A stretch of 64,000 bases of DNA, taken from sequence record PQ850594.1; one strand, written 5' to 3'. The position numbers were made by a program, and so were the translations under genes. The DNA is from Escherichia phage AnnaHegner_Bas87. Below are positions 8,487-19,173 of the stretch, one piece after another (the first letter of the stretch is position 1; each line of letters opens with the position of its first letter). The notes beneath the pieces were generated by a model. The model was given only the letters and a program-made list of their open reading frames with translations, had not been told where the DNA came from and did not search any database.

Positions 8487-11264
8487 ATGATCGTTTATAA
8501 CAACCAAGCACCAGCTAATCCTAATAATGTTGGTCAGTTTGGTGCTACAGAAGGCTCTATCGGAGCCTATAAACAAGCAGCGGAATATGCTGCTGATTCT
8601 AAATATTGGGCACTTTTAGCAGAATCTAAGTTTGGGACAATTGATGATCTGATTGCACAGGTAGAGCGTCTATACCAACAAGGTGTTTTACTCCGAGAAG
8701 ATATTGAAGATTTGAAGCAGGATTTTGCTGCTCAAGACGTTCGCTTAATGAACCTGATTGCTCAAACAAACGCTGCTGTTGCAGATGCCAATAACTCAGT
8801 TGCACTTATTGATCAAAAGATTGTAGAAGTCCAGAAGCAATTGGATATTCTAATGGATATGAAGGTTACTGTCACTACCCTGCCTCCGGGTTCTCAAGCT
8901 ACTGGCTCTTTTGATAACCAAACTGGTGAGATTAAGCTGGGAATTCCTGAGGGTGAAAAAGGTGCAGATGGCTCTGTAACTGACTTATCAACAGTATCTT
9001 CTGGGGTTCCCGAGTTAGGGGATTTAGGTTTTTATGTAGACAAAGATGATAACACTGTACATAAAACCACCCTAGAAAACATTGCTAACCTGATCCCTTC
9101 TGTTCGCTCTATCTCTGTCAATGGTGGAGAGGCTCAGGATGGTGACGTTGCTTTGGATATTAATAAAACCACAGTAGGTTTAGGTAATGTTCTTAATGTA
9201 GCTCAGTACAGTCGCCAAGAGATTAATGATAAGTTTGACAAACCTATTAAGATTTATCAATCCAAAGCAGAAGCAGATGCAAATGCTCAATATCGTCAAG
9301 CCGGAGAATCTGTTTTAGTTTGGGAAGACACTCAGTATGTATTCTACACTGTTGCTGCTAATAAAACCTTAACTCCAGTTAAATCTGAAAGTCGTATATT
9401 GACAGTAAACTCAAGATCTCCCGACTCTACAGGTAATATTGATATTACAATACCTACAGGGAACCCTTCTCTATATTTGGGTGAAATGGTAATGTTTCCA
9501 TATGACCCTAACAAAACTGTAGCATACCCCGGTGTGTTGCCTGCTGATGGTAGATTAGTTTCTAAAGAAAACGCATCTGACTTAGGTCCATCTCTTGTTA
9601 GTGGACAGTTACCAGTAGTTAGCGAAACCGAGTGGCAAGCTGGTGCTAAACAATATTTCTCTTGGGGTAAGTTAGCTGATGGTATCACTGATGCAGACTC
9701 TACCAACTTCATTAATATTCGACTTCCAGACTGGACTGGTGGAGAAGCCATTCGTGCTCCAGATTCTATTAAAGACTCTAATTACAAAGGTCGTATCCAG
9801 AATCAGATTCCTTACATTGTGACCGTAAATGGTAAAGGTCCAGATGATGCTAATGGTAATGTGGTATTATCTGCCTCTAATATCGGAGCAGCTGCTTCTG
9901 GCGCTAACTCGGATATCACTTCACTCTCCGGTTTAACTACACCACTATCTCCAAGTCAAGGTGGTACAGGGGTAACCGATCTTGGAATGCTTCGTAGGGC
10001 TATTCTAGTTCAGGGTGTAGAGTGTAATGATCAAGCAGGTCCACAGTCTTATAACAGCTACAAATCCCCTAATGGGACATATACTTTTAAAGTTGATAAC
10101 TCTGGGTTAGTTGCTGCTATTAATACAGGCACAGAAGCAGTTGTTCCTTTTGCAGTAAGTGCAGGAGGTACAGGAGGCACTACTCCGGCTGAATCTCGTA
10201 GTAATTTAGGGCTTGACAGGGTTGATCAAAGAGAATTAGAGACTGTAATCTACTCTCCCGACAAGAACTCCTATATCTTTATGAACAACGGAGATTGGGG
10301 GTGCTTTAGTAATGTTTCAGGGACTATAGCTCTTTCTATTCCGCGTGGTGGTACAGGTGCACAAAGTGTTGAGGGAGCTAAAACTAATCTCGGAATCGAT
10401 AAGTTTGTACAAAGTTCTACGGATACTAAGGTGTTGGATGGTGAAGGGACTCATACATTCTTTGTAGCCGGAAATGATTGGGGGTATTTTAATAACGCTG
10501 ACTCTGTACGAGTTGCGCTTCCTGTAATAAGTGGCGGTACAGGAGGCACTACCCCAGCTCATTCATGCGAAAATCTATCTGCGCTACACACTCAATATGG
10601 AGCTGACACTTTTTATGGTAGTGAAGATTTACCTTCTGGAATAGGTTTTTATTCTGGTGACTCTTCTCCTTTTCCGGGAGGCAACGGGGCGCCTTACACT
10701 TACGCCGAAATTATGACTATCGCTGAAGGTGGTCGTGGTGGTAACTGGTCTCAGATTGGTTTCTCTACTATAACTAACCAAGCTCCTCGGTATCGTCAAA
10801 GAACTAATGACCCAGCTTTAATTACAAACTGGAGAGATTTCTTAATCCGAGATTTAAACACAACAGTAGATGTTAATGGTTTTGTCAAAATAGCGTCGCC
10901 TATTGTGAAAGTTAAGTCTGACGGCTCTTTTGAAGTTAACGATGCAGCGGTTGGTGCGACAGTAGAGAAGCTGGGGGTTGGTATTTATAAGGTTTCTGGT
11001 GTCTTAGGTTTTAACTCTGACCCTTCTTGGGGAGGGACTTCTGGTGGATTCTCAGTTCCTTACAACTCTAACGGATTGGCTCTGCTCTGGGTCGACTATG
11101 AGATTGAAGAAACTGGTGATATTATCCTGAAAACCTACCATCGTGTCCATGCTGATGCTCCTGTTTTTGCTAGAAATGAAATAGATGGATTAGCGGATGG
11201 GGATCCTGTAGATATTCCAGAAGGTCGGTGGATTGATCTTCGTGTCGAAATGCCATCCAAGTAA
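8487..11264 (+). CDS. tail fiber protein with repeated GGTGG-T motifs
   Basis: 925-aa ORF; N-terminal coiled coil; recurring ...SGGTGGTTPA.S..NLG.. segments typical of phage fiber repeats. Confidence 0.55.
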   Translation: MIVYNNQAPANPNNVGQFGATEGSIGAYKQAAEYAADSKYWALLAESKFGTIDDLIAQVERLYQQGVLLREDIEDLKQDFAAQDVRLMNLIAQTNAAVADANNSVALIDQKIVEVQKQLDILMDMKVTVTTLPPGSQATGSFDNQTGEIKLGIPEGEKGADGSVTDLSTVSSGVPELGDLGFYVDKDDNTVHKTTLENIANLIPSVRSISVNGGEAQDGDVALDINKTTVGLGNVLNVAQYSRQEINDKFDKPIKIYQSKAEADANAQYRQAGESVLVWEDTQYVFYTVAANKTLTPVKSESRILTVNSRSPDSTGNIDITIPTGNPSLYLGEMVMFPYDPNKTVAYPGVLPADGRLVSKENASDLGPSLVSGQLPVVSETEWQAGAKQYFSWGKLADGITDADSTNFINIRLPDWTGGEAIRAPDSIKDSNYKGRIQNQIPYIVTVNGKGPDDANGNVVLSASNIGAAASGANSDITSLSGLTTPLSPSQGGTGVTDLGMLRRAILVQGVECNDQAGPQSYNSYKSPNGTYTFKVDNSGLVAAINTGTEAVVPFAVSAGGTGGTTPAESRSNLGLDRVDQRELETVIYSPDKNSYIFMNNGDWGCFSNVSGTIALSIPRGGTGAQSVEGAKTNLGIDKFVQSSTDTKVLDGEGTHTFFVAGNDWGYFNNADSVRVALPVISGGTGGTTPAHSCENLSALHTQYGADTFYGSEDLPSGIGFYSGDSSPFPGGNGAPYTYAEIMTIAEGGRGGNWSQIGFSTITNQAPRYRQRTNDPALITNWRDFLIRDLNTTVDVNGFVKIASPIVKVKSDGSFEVNDAAVGATVEKLGVGIYKVSGVLGFNSDPSWGGTSGGFSVPYNSNGLALLWVDYEIEETGDIILKTYHRVHADAPVFARNEIDGLADGDPVDIPEGRWIDLRVEMPSK

Positions 11265-11274
11265 ATTTAAGAAT

Positions 11275-11295
11275 GCCCTCTTCGGAGGGCTTTAT
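11275..11295 (+). terminator. rho-independent terminator-like hairpin
   Basis: GCCCTC-TTCG-GAGGGC followed by TTTAT. Confidence 0.4.
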
Positions 11296-11307
11296 GGAGG
11301 ATTATAA

Positions 11308-13476
11308 ATGTCTAGAGAGTTAATGCCCAAATCTGGGATAATGATGCCTCACGTGGTAGTTACTAGAGATGCCGCAGTAGTGGGTGTATCTACTGTAGAT
11401 GGGGCCGCTGGTGCTATCAACTTAACAGAAAAATACCTTCAGAAGTCTGACGCTGAAGCAACCTATCAAACGAAAGCAGAAGGGGCTACTAAGCAATATG
11501 TAACCGACGCTATCAACCCCATTATGACAAATGCTCTTTTTAAAGATGACCCCTTTGTTAATAATGACACACCTATTCGCTCTGGCGGTGGTAATGGTGT
11601 TGAATCGGTAGATATGATTAAAGTCACCCCTGAGAACACCATCAAACTAGGGAGCTATGCTTCTTCTGTTCAGGGGGTTGAGATTCATTCTGCTGGTCGT
11701 CTTCAGGTTGTTGACCAGAACGACTCTGGGGTCGAAACTAAATACCCGGTATACTCTAAAAGATATCGCCCAGAAGTTGAGGATTTACCTTTCGCTTCAA
11801 TTGGTTCCTATGTTAAAGACTCCAAAGGACGCACAATTGGTGTAACTCGTACTGGCATCAACTCTGATATCAAACAACTCACCCAAAAGGTCACATTTAC
11901 CCAACCTGTAACCGTACCTGATGCTGTGGGTGATTATGATGCAGTTACTTTGAGACAGCTTCGTAATAGTGGTGGCGGTTCTGGTGGTCCTACCATGAGC
12001 GGTATCTCTAACTTCGGAATTGGCGACTTTCATTTACGTGACAGCCGTGCTTTCATCCCAGCTTTTGAGGTAGTGTCTGATGGGCAGCTTTTGAATCGTG
12101 CTGACTACCCAGATTTATGGGCTTATGCACAACTGCTATCTCCAATCGAAGACTCTCTTTGGTTGTCTAATATCTATCAGAGGGGTAGGTATTCTACCGG
12201 AAATGGTACAACAACTTTCCGTGTTCCTGACCGAAATGGTATCCAAGAGGGGTCACTGAGAGCTTTATATGGCCGTGGTGATGGTGGTAATTCTGCTGCA
12301 AATGGTCAAGTGTTTGATTCTGCTGCACCGAATATCACATATGCGTCCCCTCACACAATGGTAACACTAGCCTCCGCTCCGGGGCAGGTGGCGACTGACG
12401 GGGCACTTCAATCGATCACTTCTACAGACAATGTGGCTCCAGTGGGGACTGGAGGTAAATACATATCCACAAACTTTGACGCATCACGTTCTAGTCCTAT
12501 TTATGGCCGCTCCACTGAGGAGATTCTGACCCGTAACTTTGTAGGCGTTTGGACTATTCGTGCGCATGGTGGTTTTACTGCTGCTAATACTTCTTGGTCA
12601 GTTATTAATAGTGATGCAAACCGTCCTGCTGGTGGAACTCGAGCAACTAGTGGTTCTGTTGTTGCTGAATATAAAATTGGTTCAGAAGTAGAGGCTTCTA
12701 CTACGCTCCAAACTGATGCTTATATCGACGGAGTTTATTATGGGATTATCAATGTTTATAATAAAACCAAAGGAGTTACCAAGCAATTAGCTTTTGACGA
12801 TTCTGGAACCCTGAACTCTGATAGATATGCTGCTCGGTTTGGCACTTTGATGGCTTGGAGTGAAACAGGAACTAAGAGAGGCACCTTCTCTATGGACAAC
12901 CAAGGGATAGGGACTAACTTCCCCTTCAACTCCATACTAAGTGCTTCTCAAGCAACTAGTGGGGGGTACAAAACTACCACTCATGTTGGCATGATTCACA
13001 ACGATGCTGAGTCTTTTGCTGATTCATGCTGGCATGTTGCAGGGGATGAAGACAACAAATACGGTTGTCGTTTAACCCTTAGGCCAAGCAGGAATGAGAT
13101 TTATTACTACACTTGGCAGCCCGGCTCCACTGGAACTTACACTCTTGCTATGAATCCTGTGTCTGATGAAAAGTTGAAACATAACATCCAAGATATCTCG
13201 CCTGATGAAGCAATTCGTGCGATAAAAGGTTTGGATTTCAAATCGTTTGTGTACAACAATGATAATCAAGGAAGAACTCGTCGTGGTATCATTGCACAGC
13301 AGGCAGAGAAAGTTGAACCTCTTTATGTTAAAACTCGTAAATTCCATGACAACGATGGGGTAGAGCAGGAACAGAAAGAGTTGGATGCAACTCCAATGCT
13401 TTTAGATACCATGCAGGTTGTTCAAGATCTGCTGAAGCGTATTGAAGTTCTAGAAGCGAAGTTAGCAGAGAAGTGA
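11308..13476 (+). CDS. tail fiber/tailspike with C-terminal intramolecular chaperone (peptidase S74-like) domain
   Basis: 722-aa ORF; C-terminal ...NPVSDEKLKHNIQDISPDEAIRAIKGLDFKSFVYNN...GIIAQQAEKVEPLYV... resembles autocleaving chaperone domain of endosialidase-type fibers. Confidence 0.6.
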   Translation: MSRELMPKSGIMMPHVVVTRDAAVVGVSTVDGAAGAINLTEKYLQKSDAEATYQTKAEGATKQYVTDAINPIMTNALFKDDPFVNNDTPIRSGGGNGVESVDMIKVTPENTIKLGSYASSVQGVEIHSAGRLQVVDQNDSGVETKYPVYSKRYRPEVEDLPFASIGSYVKDSKGRTIGVTRTGINSDIKQLTQKVTFTQPVTVPDAVGDYDAVTLRQLRNSGGGSGGPTMSGISNFGIGDFHLRDSRAFIPAFEVVSDGQLLNRADYPDLWAYAQLLSPIEDSLWLSNIYQRGRYSTGNGTTTFRVPDRNGIQEGSLRALYGRGDGGNSAANGQVFDSAAPNITYASPHTMVTLASAPGQVATDGALQSITSTDNVAPVGTGGKYISTNFDASRSSPIYGRSTEEILTRNFVGVWTIRAHGGFTAANTSWSVINSDANRPAGGTRATSGSVVAEYKIGSEVEASTTLQTDAYIDGVYYGIINVYNKTKGVTKQLAFDDSGTLNSDRYAARFGTLMAWSETGTKRGTFSMDNQGIGTNFPFNSILSASQATSGGYKTTTHVGMIHNDAESFADSCWHVAGDEDNKYGCRLTLRPSRNEIYYYTWQPGSTGTYTLAMNPVSDEKLKHNIQDISPDEAIRAIKGLDFKSFVYNNDNQGRTRRGIIAQQAEKVEPLYVKTRKFHDNDGVEQEQKELDATPMLLDTMQVVQDLLKRIEVLEAKLAEK

Positions 13477-13479
13477 GAT

Positions 13480-13500
13480 AAGCCCCCTTCGGGGGCTTTT
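13480..13500 (+). terminator. rho-independent terminator
   Basis: AAGCCCCC-TTC-GGGGGCTT then TT. Confidence 0.45.
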
Positions 13501-13566
13501 AGGAGTGAAACTGGTGAATAAGTAATGAAACTACTATATCCAAAAGGAAAATGAAAGGAGAAGAAA

Positions 13567-13785
13567 ATGAAAATGATGAAACAGGTAACTTATGGTCTAG
13601 CTTGCTTAGGGACAGGTTTTGTGATTTCCACAGCAGTACCTGTAAATGCAGTAGGCTCTCATTCTATTATAGAAGCTCCTGTAGAGAAGCTTAGTTCTCA
13701 ATGTAAACAAAGGACCATTCAAAATAATTTGGTTGTTATTTGCCCAGACGCTCAATCTTCAGCTCTGAGAAAAATTCTTCCTTAA
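13567..13785 (+). CDS. small protein with N-terminal signal/TM segment (holin or secreted protein candidate)
   Basis: 72-aa ORF, strong RBS, hydrophobic N-terminus, immediately upstream of lysozyme. Confidence 0.35.
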   Translation: MKMMKQVTYGLACLGTGFVISTAVPVNAVGSHSIIEAPVEKLSSQCKQRTIQNNLVVICPDAQSSALRKILP

Positions 13786-13818
13786 TTGACCTAAAATAAC
13801 AACAAAAGGAGGTCAAAG

Positions 13819-14310
13819 ATGGACGCTATCGCATTGCCGCCTGTACAGATGAGCCTAAGTCCGGCTGGTATGGAGTTTATCATGAAGCATGAAGGCATGA
13901 GAACTAAAGCCTATAAAGACTCCGCTGGAATCTGGACTATATGTGTAGGGGCTACGCGCGATATGAATGGGTATCCAGTAAGACAAGGATTAACGTATTC
14001 TATAGAGGATTGTCTAGCTCTGCTAGATAGAGACACACAAGACTCTGTTCGTGCTACTCAGAAAAACATAAGAGTTCCTATGCTAGCTCATGAATTTGAT
14101 GCTGTCACTTCTTTCAACTTTAATGTTGGTGGTGGTGCTTTGTCAGCTTCAAAACTTAGGAAAGTGATCAACGGAGATGTGAAGGGTGATGTTTACTCAG
14201 AGTTCTTACGTTGGGATAAGATAACTGTTAAAGGTGTAAAGCAGCGGAGTCCGGGACTTCACAATCGCAGGGTTGCAGAAGCAAATCTATACACTACAGG
14301 AAAATATTAA
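13819..14310 (+). CDS. lysozyme (GH24, T4-lysozyme-like) endolysin
   Basis: E-x8-D-x5-T catalytic spacing in ...KHEGMRTKAYKDSAGIWTICVGAT... Confidence 0.75.
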   Translation: MDAIALPPVQMSLSPAGMEFIMKHEGMRTKAYKDSAGIWTICVGATRDMNGYPVRQGLTYSIEDCLALLDRDTQDSVRATQKNIRVPMLAHEFDAVTSFNFNVGGGALSASKLRKVINGDVKGDVYSEFLRWDKITVKGVKQRSPGLHNRRVAEANLYTTGKY

Positions 14311-14322
14311 TGGAGGTGCCTT

Positions 14323-15126
14323 TTGGCTATCGAAACAACTGCAGTAGTTACTACCGACTTAAACCCTCTGTACCCACGGGACAGGGATTATCTTTATGAA
14401 GGGGCTGCCCAGATACGACTGGTCAAACAAGTCTTAATTAACACTTTCCCTAACATCACAGAGCCGGTTCAACTTGATTCGGATTCTTTCAATATCCTAG
14501 CAAACAAGGTCTCTTTTACTGGAGACTCTATGGATGTTGGTGGTTTGATGATCAAAAACTTAACTCCGGGAACAGGAGACAAAGATGCTGTAACCAAGGG
14601 TCAGATGGAAGCTTTCATGTTAAACTGGATGCAGAATAAACTCTATCGTATTGGAGCTTACTATATCACTGAAGAAGATATCAACCCCGGAGATTCTAGC
14701 TCTCTTGGCTTCGGTTCTTGGGCTAAAGTAACTGGTGTTGTTATGGGTACTGGTGTTGTTAACCCTGACGGTTCGGTTCCTAACGCCCAGCGTGTGGAAT
14801 TCCAAGCAGGTGGCACAGGAGGTCGAGTATTCAACACAATCCGTGCTGACAATATGCCTCTTACTACAATCAATGGTTCCAGTTTTCAAGTTAGTTCTTA
14901 TTCTCACTCACATAATATCACGATGGGTCGTGGAGATGCTAGCGGTCACAACAGCAGTCCTAATTGGTACAGTCCGGGTGGTGGTTATACTCAGGTAACT
15001 GATACTAACACTCACTCTCACTCGATTACAGGTTCTGTTAGTTTTGGACGTGATGATGTATCGAGACAACCTATCAACACTTTGCCGCCTTTCAGAGCAG
15101 CGCATATCTGGAGACGTATTAGCTAA
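14323..15126 (+). CDS. tail fiber-like protein with His-x-His motifs
   Basis: 267-aa ORF (TTG start after GGAGGTG); HSHNIT and HSHSIT motifs and RGD near C-terminus. Confidence 0.45.
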   Translation: MAIETTAVVTTDLNPLYPRDRDYLYEGAAQIRLVKQVLINTFPNITEPVQLDSDSFNILANKVSFTGDSMDVGGLMIKNLTPGTGDKDAVTKGQMEAFMLNWMQNKLYRIGAYYITEEDINPGDSSSLGFGSWAKVTGVVMGTGVVNPDGSVPNAQRVEFQAGGTGGRVFNTIRADNMPLTTINGSSFQVSSYSHSHNITMGRGDASGHNSSPNWYSPGGGYTQVTDTNTHSHSITGSVSFGRDDVSRQPINTLPPFRAAHIWRRIS

Positions 15127-15135
15127 GGAGGAACT

Positions 15136-18100
15136 ATGGCGCTTTATCCAATAAAATCTTTAGGGGCTGTAGGGGTTATTGCTGACCAAGCTCCGACTGA
15201 TTTAGCACCTAATGCTTTCACTAATGCTATCAATGCCCGCTTTGTAGAGCAAAGAGTTTTTAAGACGGGGGGCAATGCCCCTCTTTCTTATGTAGAAGAA
15301 GATAAAGAGATTACACCACTTTCTTTTATATCAATGCCTTTTGACTACTATAGTGCAGGTAATAGCTTTCTGATTGTTGGTACAGACAAAAAGCTATACA
15401 AGCTAACAGATGAAAGTTTGACAGATATTAGCCGAAAGGTTGCTACTGTCACAAAAAGAGCTTCCGCTTCTATTAAGATATATCCGGTTGTTTCTCAGAT
15501 TGTTCCTAAAGAAACTTCTATTTCAATGAATTTCAATCAAACTAAAGCCTTGGAAGTTTCTATTCTTCCTGAAGATGCTAATAACACAGCTTTAGTTTGG
15601 GAGGTTAGTAATTCTTCTTATGGTAAAGTAGAAGCTGACACCGAGAACCCTAAAACTGCAACCTTGACGTCTTATGAAAAAGAAGGGAATTTAGTAGTTA
15701 CTGTATCAACAGCTGATAAATCTATTAGTGCTCAGATTGCAGTAAACATCATAGATGGTGATTCTGGTATCTTCTTAAGTCAGGATACAATAACTGTCCG
15801 CAAAGGTGGTAACACAACGCTAACTGCTGTTACTGGAAAAACTCCTGTAACTTGGGTCTCTAGTAATGCTTCTGTTGTGTCTGTAACACCTAATGCTAAT
15901 ACACTGACAGCTACTTTGTCTGCTAATGGTGAGGGTACTGTAACAATAACTGCTGATAACGGAACTAAGAGTGCTTCTTGTCAAGTTACTGTTATACCTC
16001 AGATAGATAGTATCACTCTGAGTCAGACAAGCGTTCAAATGAGCAGGGGTACTCAGTATGTTTTAACTGCTACGGTTAATCCTTCAGATGCTCCCAATAA
16101 AAGCATAACTTGGACTTCCTCTAATCCTACCATTGCCACAGTTTCTGGAAATAGTACAGAAGCGGTAATAACAGGGTTACTAGCTGGGTTTACTGAAATC
16201 ACAGCTGTTACTCAAGAGGGTGATAGATCAGCAACCTGTACAGTGAGAGTTGATTTAGCTGGGAGAATGATGCGAACTTCTGCAATGGCTTTATCAGAAC
16301 CTGTTGTAGATTCTATACAAGAAGAAGAAACCAATAATACTCCTATCGAATCAGAAGAGGTTTTATATTTTGTTAATGAGCCATCTGGAGTTGATACCTC
16401 AGGAATGTATGAAGGTAACAACTTCTATGATTACTCAAACGTCAACGATATGGAAGGTTTTGCACGAGCTGCACTCATGTCCAGCGATACTCCGTTGCAA
16501 TCTTTATCACTAGATATCATCGATGCCTCTCTTGATGTTGGGGAAGATATTGTAATCACAGCCAATGCTTTGCCTGAGGGAGAGTATTTCTATCAGTGGA
16601 CAGTGGACAAAGCAGGATATGTTTCAACCACATCTACTACCGGGAAATCTCTAAAACTGACAGCTATTCGTAAAGGTGAGATCAAAGTTACTTGTACTGC
16701 TAGTCAAATGACTCAGAAAGATTATGATGCTTTTGACGACTATCCTTGGTATCACACCATAATCTCTAACTGTGCAGTGGCTACCACTCACTATGAAACA
16801 CCACAGGTCAAAGAATTTGAATCTGAGTATTTCGTAGATCTTCCGGGATGGGGTGAGCAAACAGTCGTTGATAATGATGGCAACCCTTCTGTTAAGAAAT
16901 TTAACTGGAAGTGTGAGCGTATTCGTGCATTCAACAACAGACTTTTTGCTCTGAATATGAGGGAATCTAATGCATCTGGTGTAACTACTCACTACCCTCT
17001 AAGACTTCGGTGGTCGAATTTCGCTAACGAAAACAAAGCTCCATCTCTTTGGGATGATTATGCTTATGATCGTTTAACAACTTCAGACCTATCAGCAAAC
17101 ATTGTTGGTCAAACTGAGGCTTTGGAAAATGGGTACGCTGGGTATATAGATTTAGCAGATTCTAACGGAAGCTTGATTGATGTACTTCCTCTGAAAGATT
17201 ACCTTTTTGTTTACACGGAGTTCGAAACCTACATTGGCTCTCCAACCAATAACACATATCAGCCCCTTATGTTTAAGAAGCTGTTTAATGACTCTGGCAT
17301 ACTTGCTCCTGAGTGTGCAGTTGAAGTCGAAGGTGGACACTTCGTAGTAACTCAAAATGATGTGATCTTACATAATGGTGCATCTAAAAAATCTATAGCA
17401 TCTAACCGAGTCAAGAATCTTCTCATTAATGAGATCTGTCTAGTAAACCCTCTAGCTACTAGAGTTCACCTACACCAAGACAAGAAAGAGGTTTGGGTTT
17501 TATATGTAGGTCCGGGAGAGCCTAAAGAGAGTTTTGCTTGTAATAAAGCCGCTGTTTGGAATTATGAGTTTGACACTTGGTCTTTCCGTACAATACCATA
17601 TGCTCAGTGTATTGGGTTAGTCGATCCACCAGTTCTTGAGAGAGGTCCAATCTGGGCAGATTTTCAAGAGATCACTTGGGATGATCCCTCTATTAACCAA
17701 TTAGTCTGGAGAAAGGATGCTAATAACTTCCGTCAAAGGATTACAATAGTTGGCTCTTTCCTGAAGGGATTCTATCAAGTGGATGTTGGTGCTCTGGACT
17801 ACATCTACGATAGAACCAATGATAGGATTATAGAAAAACCTTTAGAAATGAGGCTAGAAAGAACTGGTATTGATTTTGATAATGTCACTAATGAGTGGAA
17901 TCAAAAACATATTAATAGATTTAGACCTCAAGTTACTGGTACAGGTACTTATACTTTTGAAGTCGGTGGAAGTCAATTCTCAAACGAGTATGGACACAAT
18001 CACTCAACTAAAGAGTTTAGGGTAGGCTCAGATCGTCATGTATCCGTGAGACTGAACCATCCATACCTATTCTATAATGTTATAGATAATGATGTTAACA

Positions 18101-18156
18101 GTAATGCTTCTATGAATGGTTTAACCATAGAGTTTAGTGTTGGCGGTCGAAGATAA
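15136..18156 (+). CDS. large virion protein with three Ig-like (Big_2-type) domains
   Basis: 1006-aa ORF; three ~80-aa segments with Big_2-like pattern (e.g. ITLSQTSVQMSRGTQYVLTATVNPSDAPNKSITWTSSNPTIATV...). Confidence 0.55.
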   Translation: MALYPIKSLGAVGVIADQAPTDLAPNAFTNAINARFVEQRVFKTGGNAPLSYVEEDKEITPLSFISMPFDYYSAGNSFLIVGTDKKLYKLTDESLTDISRKVATVTKRASASIKIYPVVSQIVPKETSISMNFNQTKALEVSILPEDANNTALVWEVSNSSYGKVEADTENPKTATLTSYEKEGNLVVTVSTADKSISAQIAVNIIDGDSGIFLSQDTITVRKGGNTTLTAVTGKTPVTWVSSNASVVSVTPNANTLTATLSANGEGTVTITADNGTKSASCQVTVIPQIDSITLSQTSVQMSRGTQYVLTATVNPSDAPNKSITWTSSNPTIATVSGNSTEAVITGLLAGFTEITAVTQEGDRSATCTVRVDLAGRMMRTSAMALSEPVVDSIQEEETNNTPIESEEVLYFVNEPSGVDTSGMYEGNNFYDYSNVNDMEGFARAALMSSDTPLQSLSLDIIDASLDVGEDIVITANALPEGEYFYQWTVDKAGYVSTTSTTGKSLKLTAIRKGEIKVTCTASQMTQKDYDAFDDYPWYHTIISNCAVATTHYETPQVKEFESEYFVDLPGWGEQTVVDNDGNPSVKKFNWKCERIRAFNNRLFALNMRESNASGVTTHYPLRLRWSNFANENKAPSLWDDYAYDRLTTSDLSANIVGQTEALENGYAGYIDLADSNGSLIDVLPLKDYLFVYTEFETYIGSPTNNTYQPLMFKKLFNDSGILAPECAVEVEGGHFVVTQNDVILHNGASKKSIASNRVKNLLINEICLVNPLATRVHLHQDKKEVWVLYVGPGEPKESFACNKAAVWNYEFDTWSFRTIPYAQCIGLVDPPVLERGPIWADFQEITWDDPSINQLVWRKDANNFRQRITIVGSFLKGFYQVDVGALDYIYDRTNDRIIEKPLEMRLERTGIDFDNVTNEWNQKHINRFRPQVTGTGTYTFEVGGSQFSNEYGHNHSTKEFRVGSDRHVSVRLNHPYLFYNVIDNDVNSNASMNGLTIEFSVGGRR

Positions 18157-18161
18157 CAAAT

Positions 18162-18189
18162 AGGGGCTTCGGCCCCTTTTATTGTTTTT
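18162..18189 (+). terminator. rho-independent terminator
   Basis: AGGGGC-TTCG-GCCCCT followed by TTTTATTGTTTTT. Confidence 0.5.
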
Positions 18190-18191
18190 AA

Positions 18192-19172
18192 TTGGAGGTA
18201 CTTATGGGTGCTGGAGGTTTTCGAAAGAATACTGGTAGAAACAACACCACACTTCCGTACAATGTTGGTTTTCTAAACAATGTGCAGGATACAGAAACTT
18301 ACAACGTTGCCGTCTATGATGAACTACAAAAAGTTAGTACAGCAACTAATCAGATGTTTCAAGCTATTGATGAAATACATGAAGAAATTGATGTTAGGAT
18401 TAAAGCTCTTAATGCAATGAATCTTCAATTTGATGAACTTGAAAACAGAATTACTACAGAGATCGAAACAGCTATTGCTGATATTCAAACACAGATGGGC
18501 AATCTGTCCACTGAAGATATTTGGGATAATTCAGTACAACCGCCAGTTAAGCTAGAAAGTTCTATGGCAGGGTTTAAAACTTCTATAGAAGGTAATGAGG
18601 TTAAGATACAATCTGTTGAGGGAATCGTAAACCAGCAGGGAGAGGAAATTGGCTTAGTTCAAACAGAGATCTCCAACATTAACAGCAGTCTATCTTCTTA
18701 TATGAAGCTATCTGACTACGAAGCTACGTGGGGAATTAACTCAAATGTCAACGGTAGGTATGCTGGTGTCAAACTAACTAACAACGGCACGAATAGTCAG
18801 TTCCAAGTTACAGCTGATAAGTTTGTTGTAGGTGATGGTAACTCGGGTAATACACCTTTTGTATTTGAAGGAGGTCGAGCTAAGATAGAGTTTGCTGATA
18901 TTAAGAACGTCAATATCACAACTGCTCAAATTGCTAATGCTCGTATTCAGTTTGCTCAAATAGATAACGTGTGGATTACTGATGGTCAGATTGCCAATCT
19001 TACAGCTAACAAGATCACTGCTGGCTCTATGAGTGGTTCAAACTGGAGACTTACTGTTGGTGGGGATTTTGTGATGGGTGGCACAGGTGGGGCACAGCTC
19101 TGGATGAATGGTAATAGAATTGATTTCTATGATGGGAGCGGTGCACTGAGAATCAGAATAGGGAGTTGGTAA
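18192..19172 (+). CDS. tail fiber-like protein (coiled-coil N-term, beta-rich C-term)
   Basis: 326-aa ORF; likely true start ATG at 18204 after GGAGGT. Confidence 0.4.
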   Translation: MEVLMGAGGFRKNTGRNNTTLPYNVGFLNNVQDTETYNVAVYDELQKVSTATNQMFQAIDEIHEEIDVRIKALNAMNLQFDELENRITTEIETAIADIQTQMGNLSTEDIWDNSVQPPVKLESSMAGFKTSIEGNEVKIQSVEGIVNQQGEEIGLVQTEISNINSSLSSYMKLSDYEATWGINSNVNGRYAGVKLTNNGTNSQFQVTADKFVVGDGNSGNTPFVFEGGRAKIEFADIKNVNITTAQIANARIQFAQIDNVWITDGQIANLTANKITAGSMSGSNWRLTVGGDFVMGGTGGAQLWMNGNRIDFYDGSGALRIRIGSW

Positions 19173-19173
19173 T

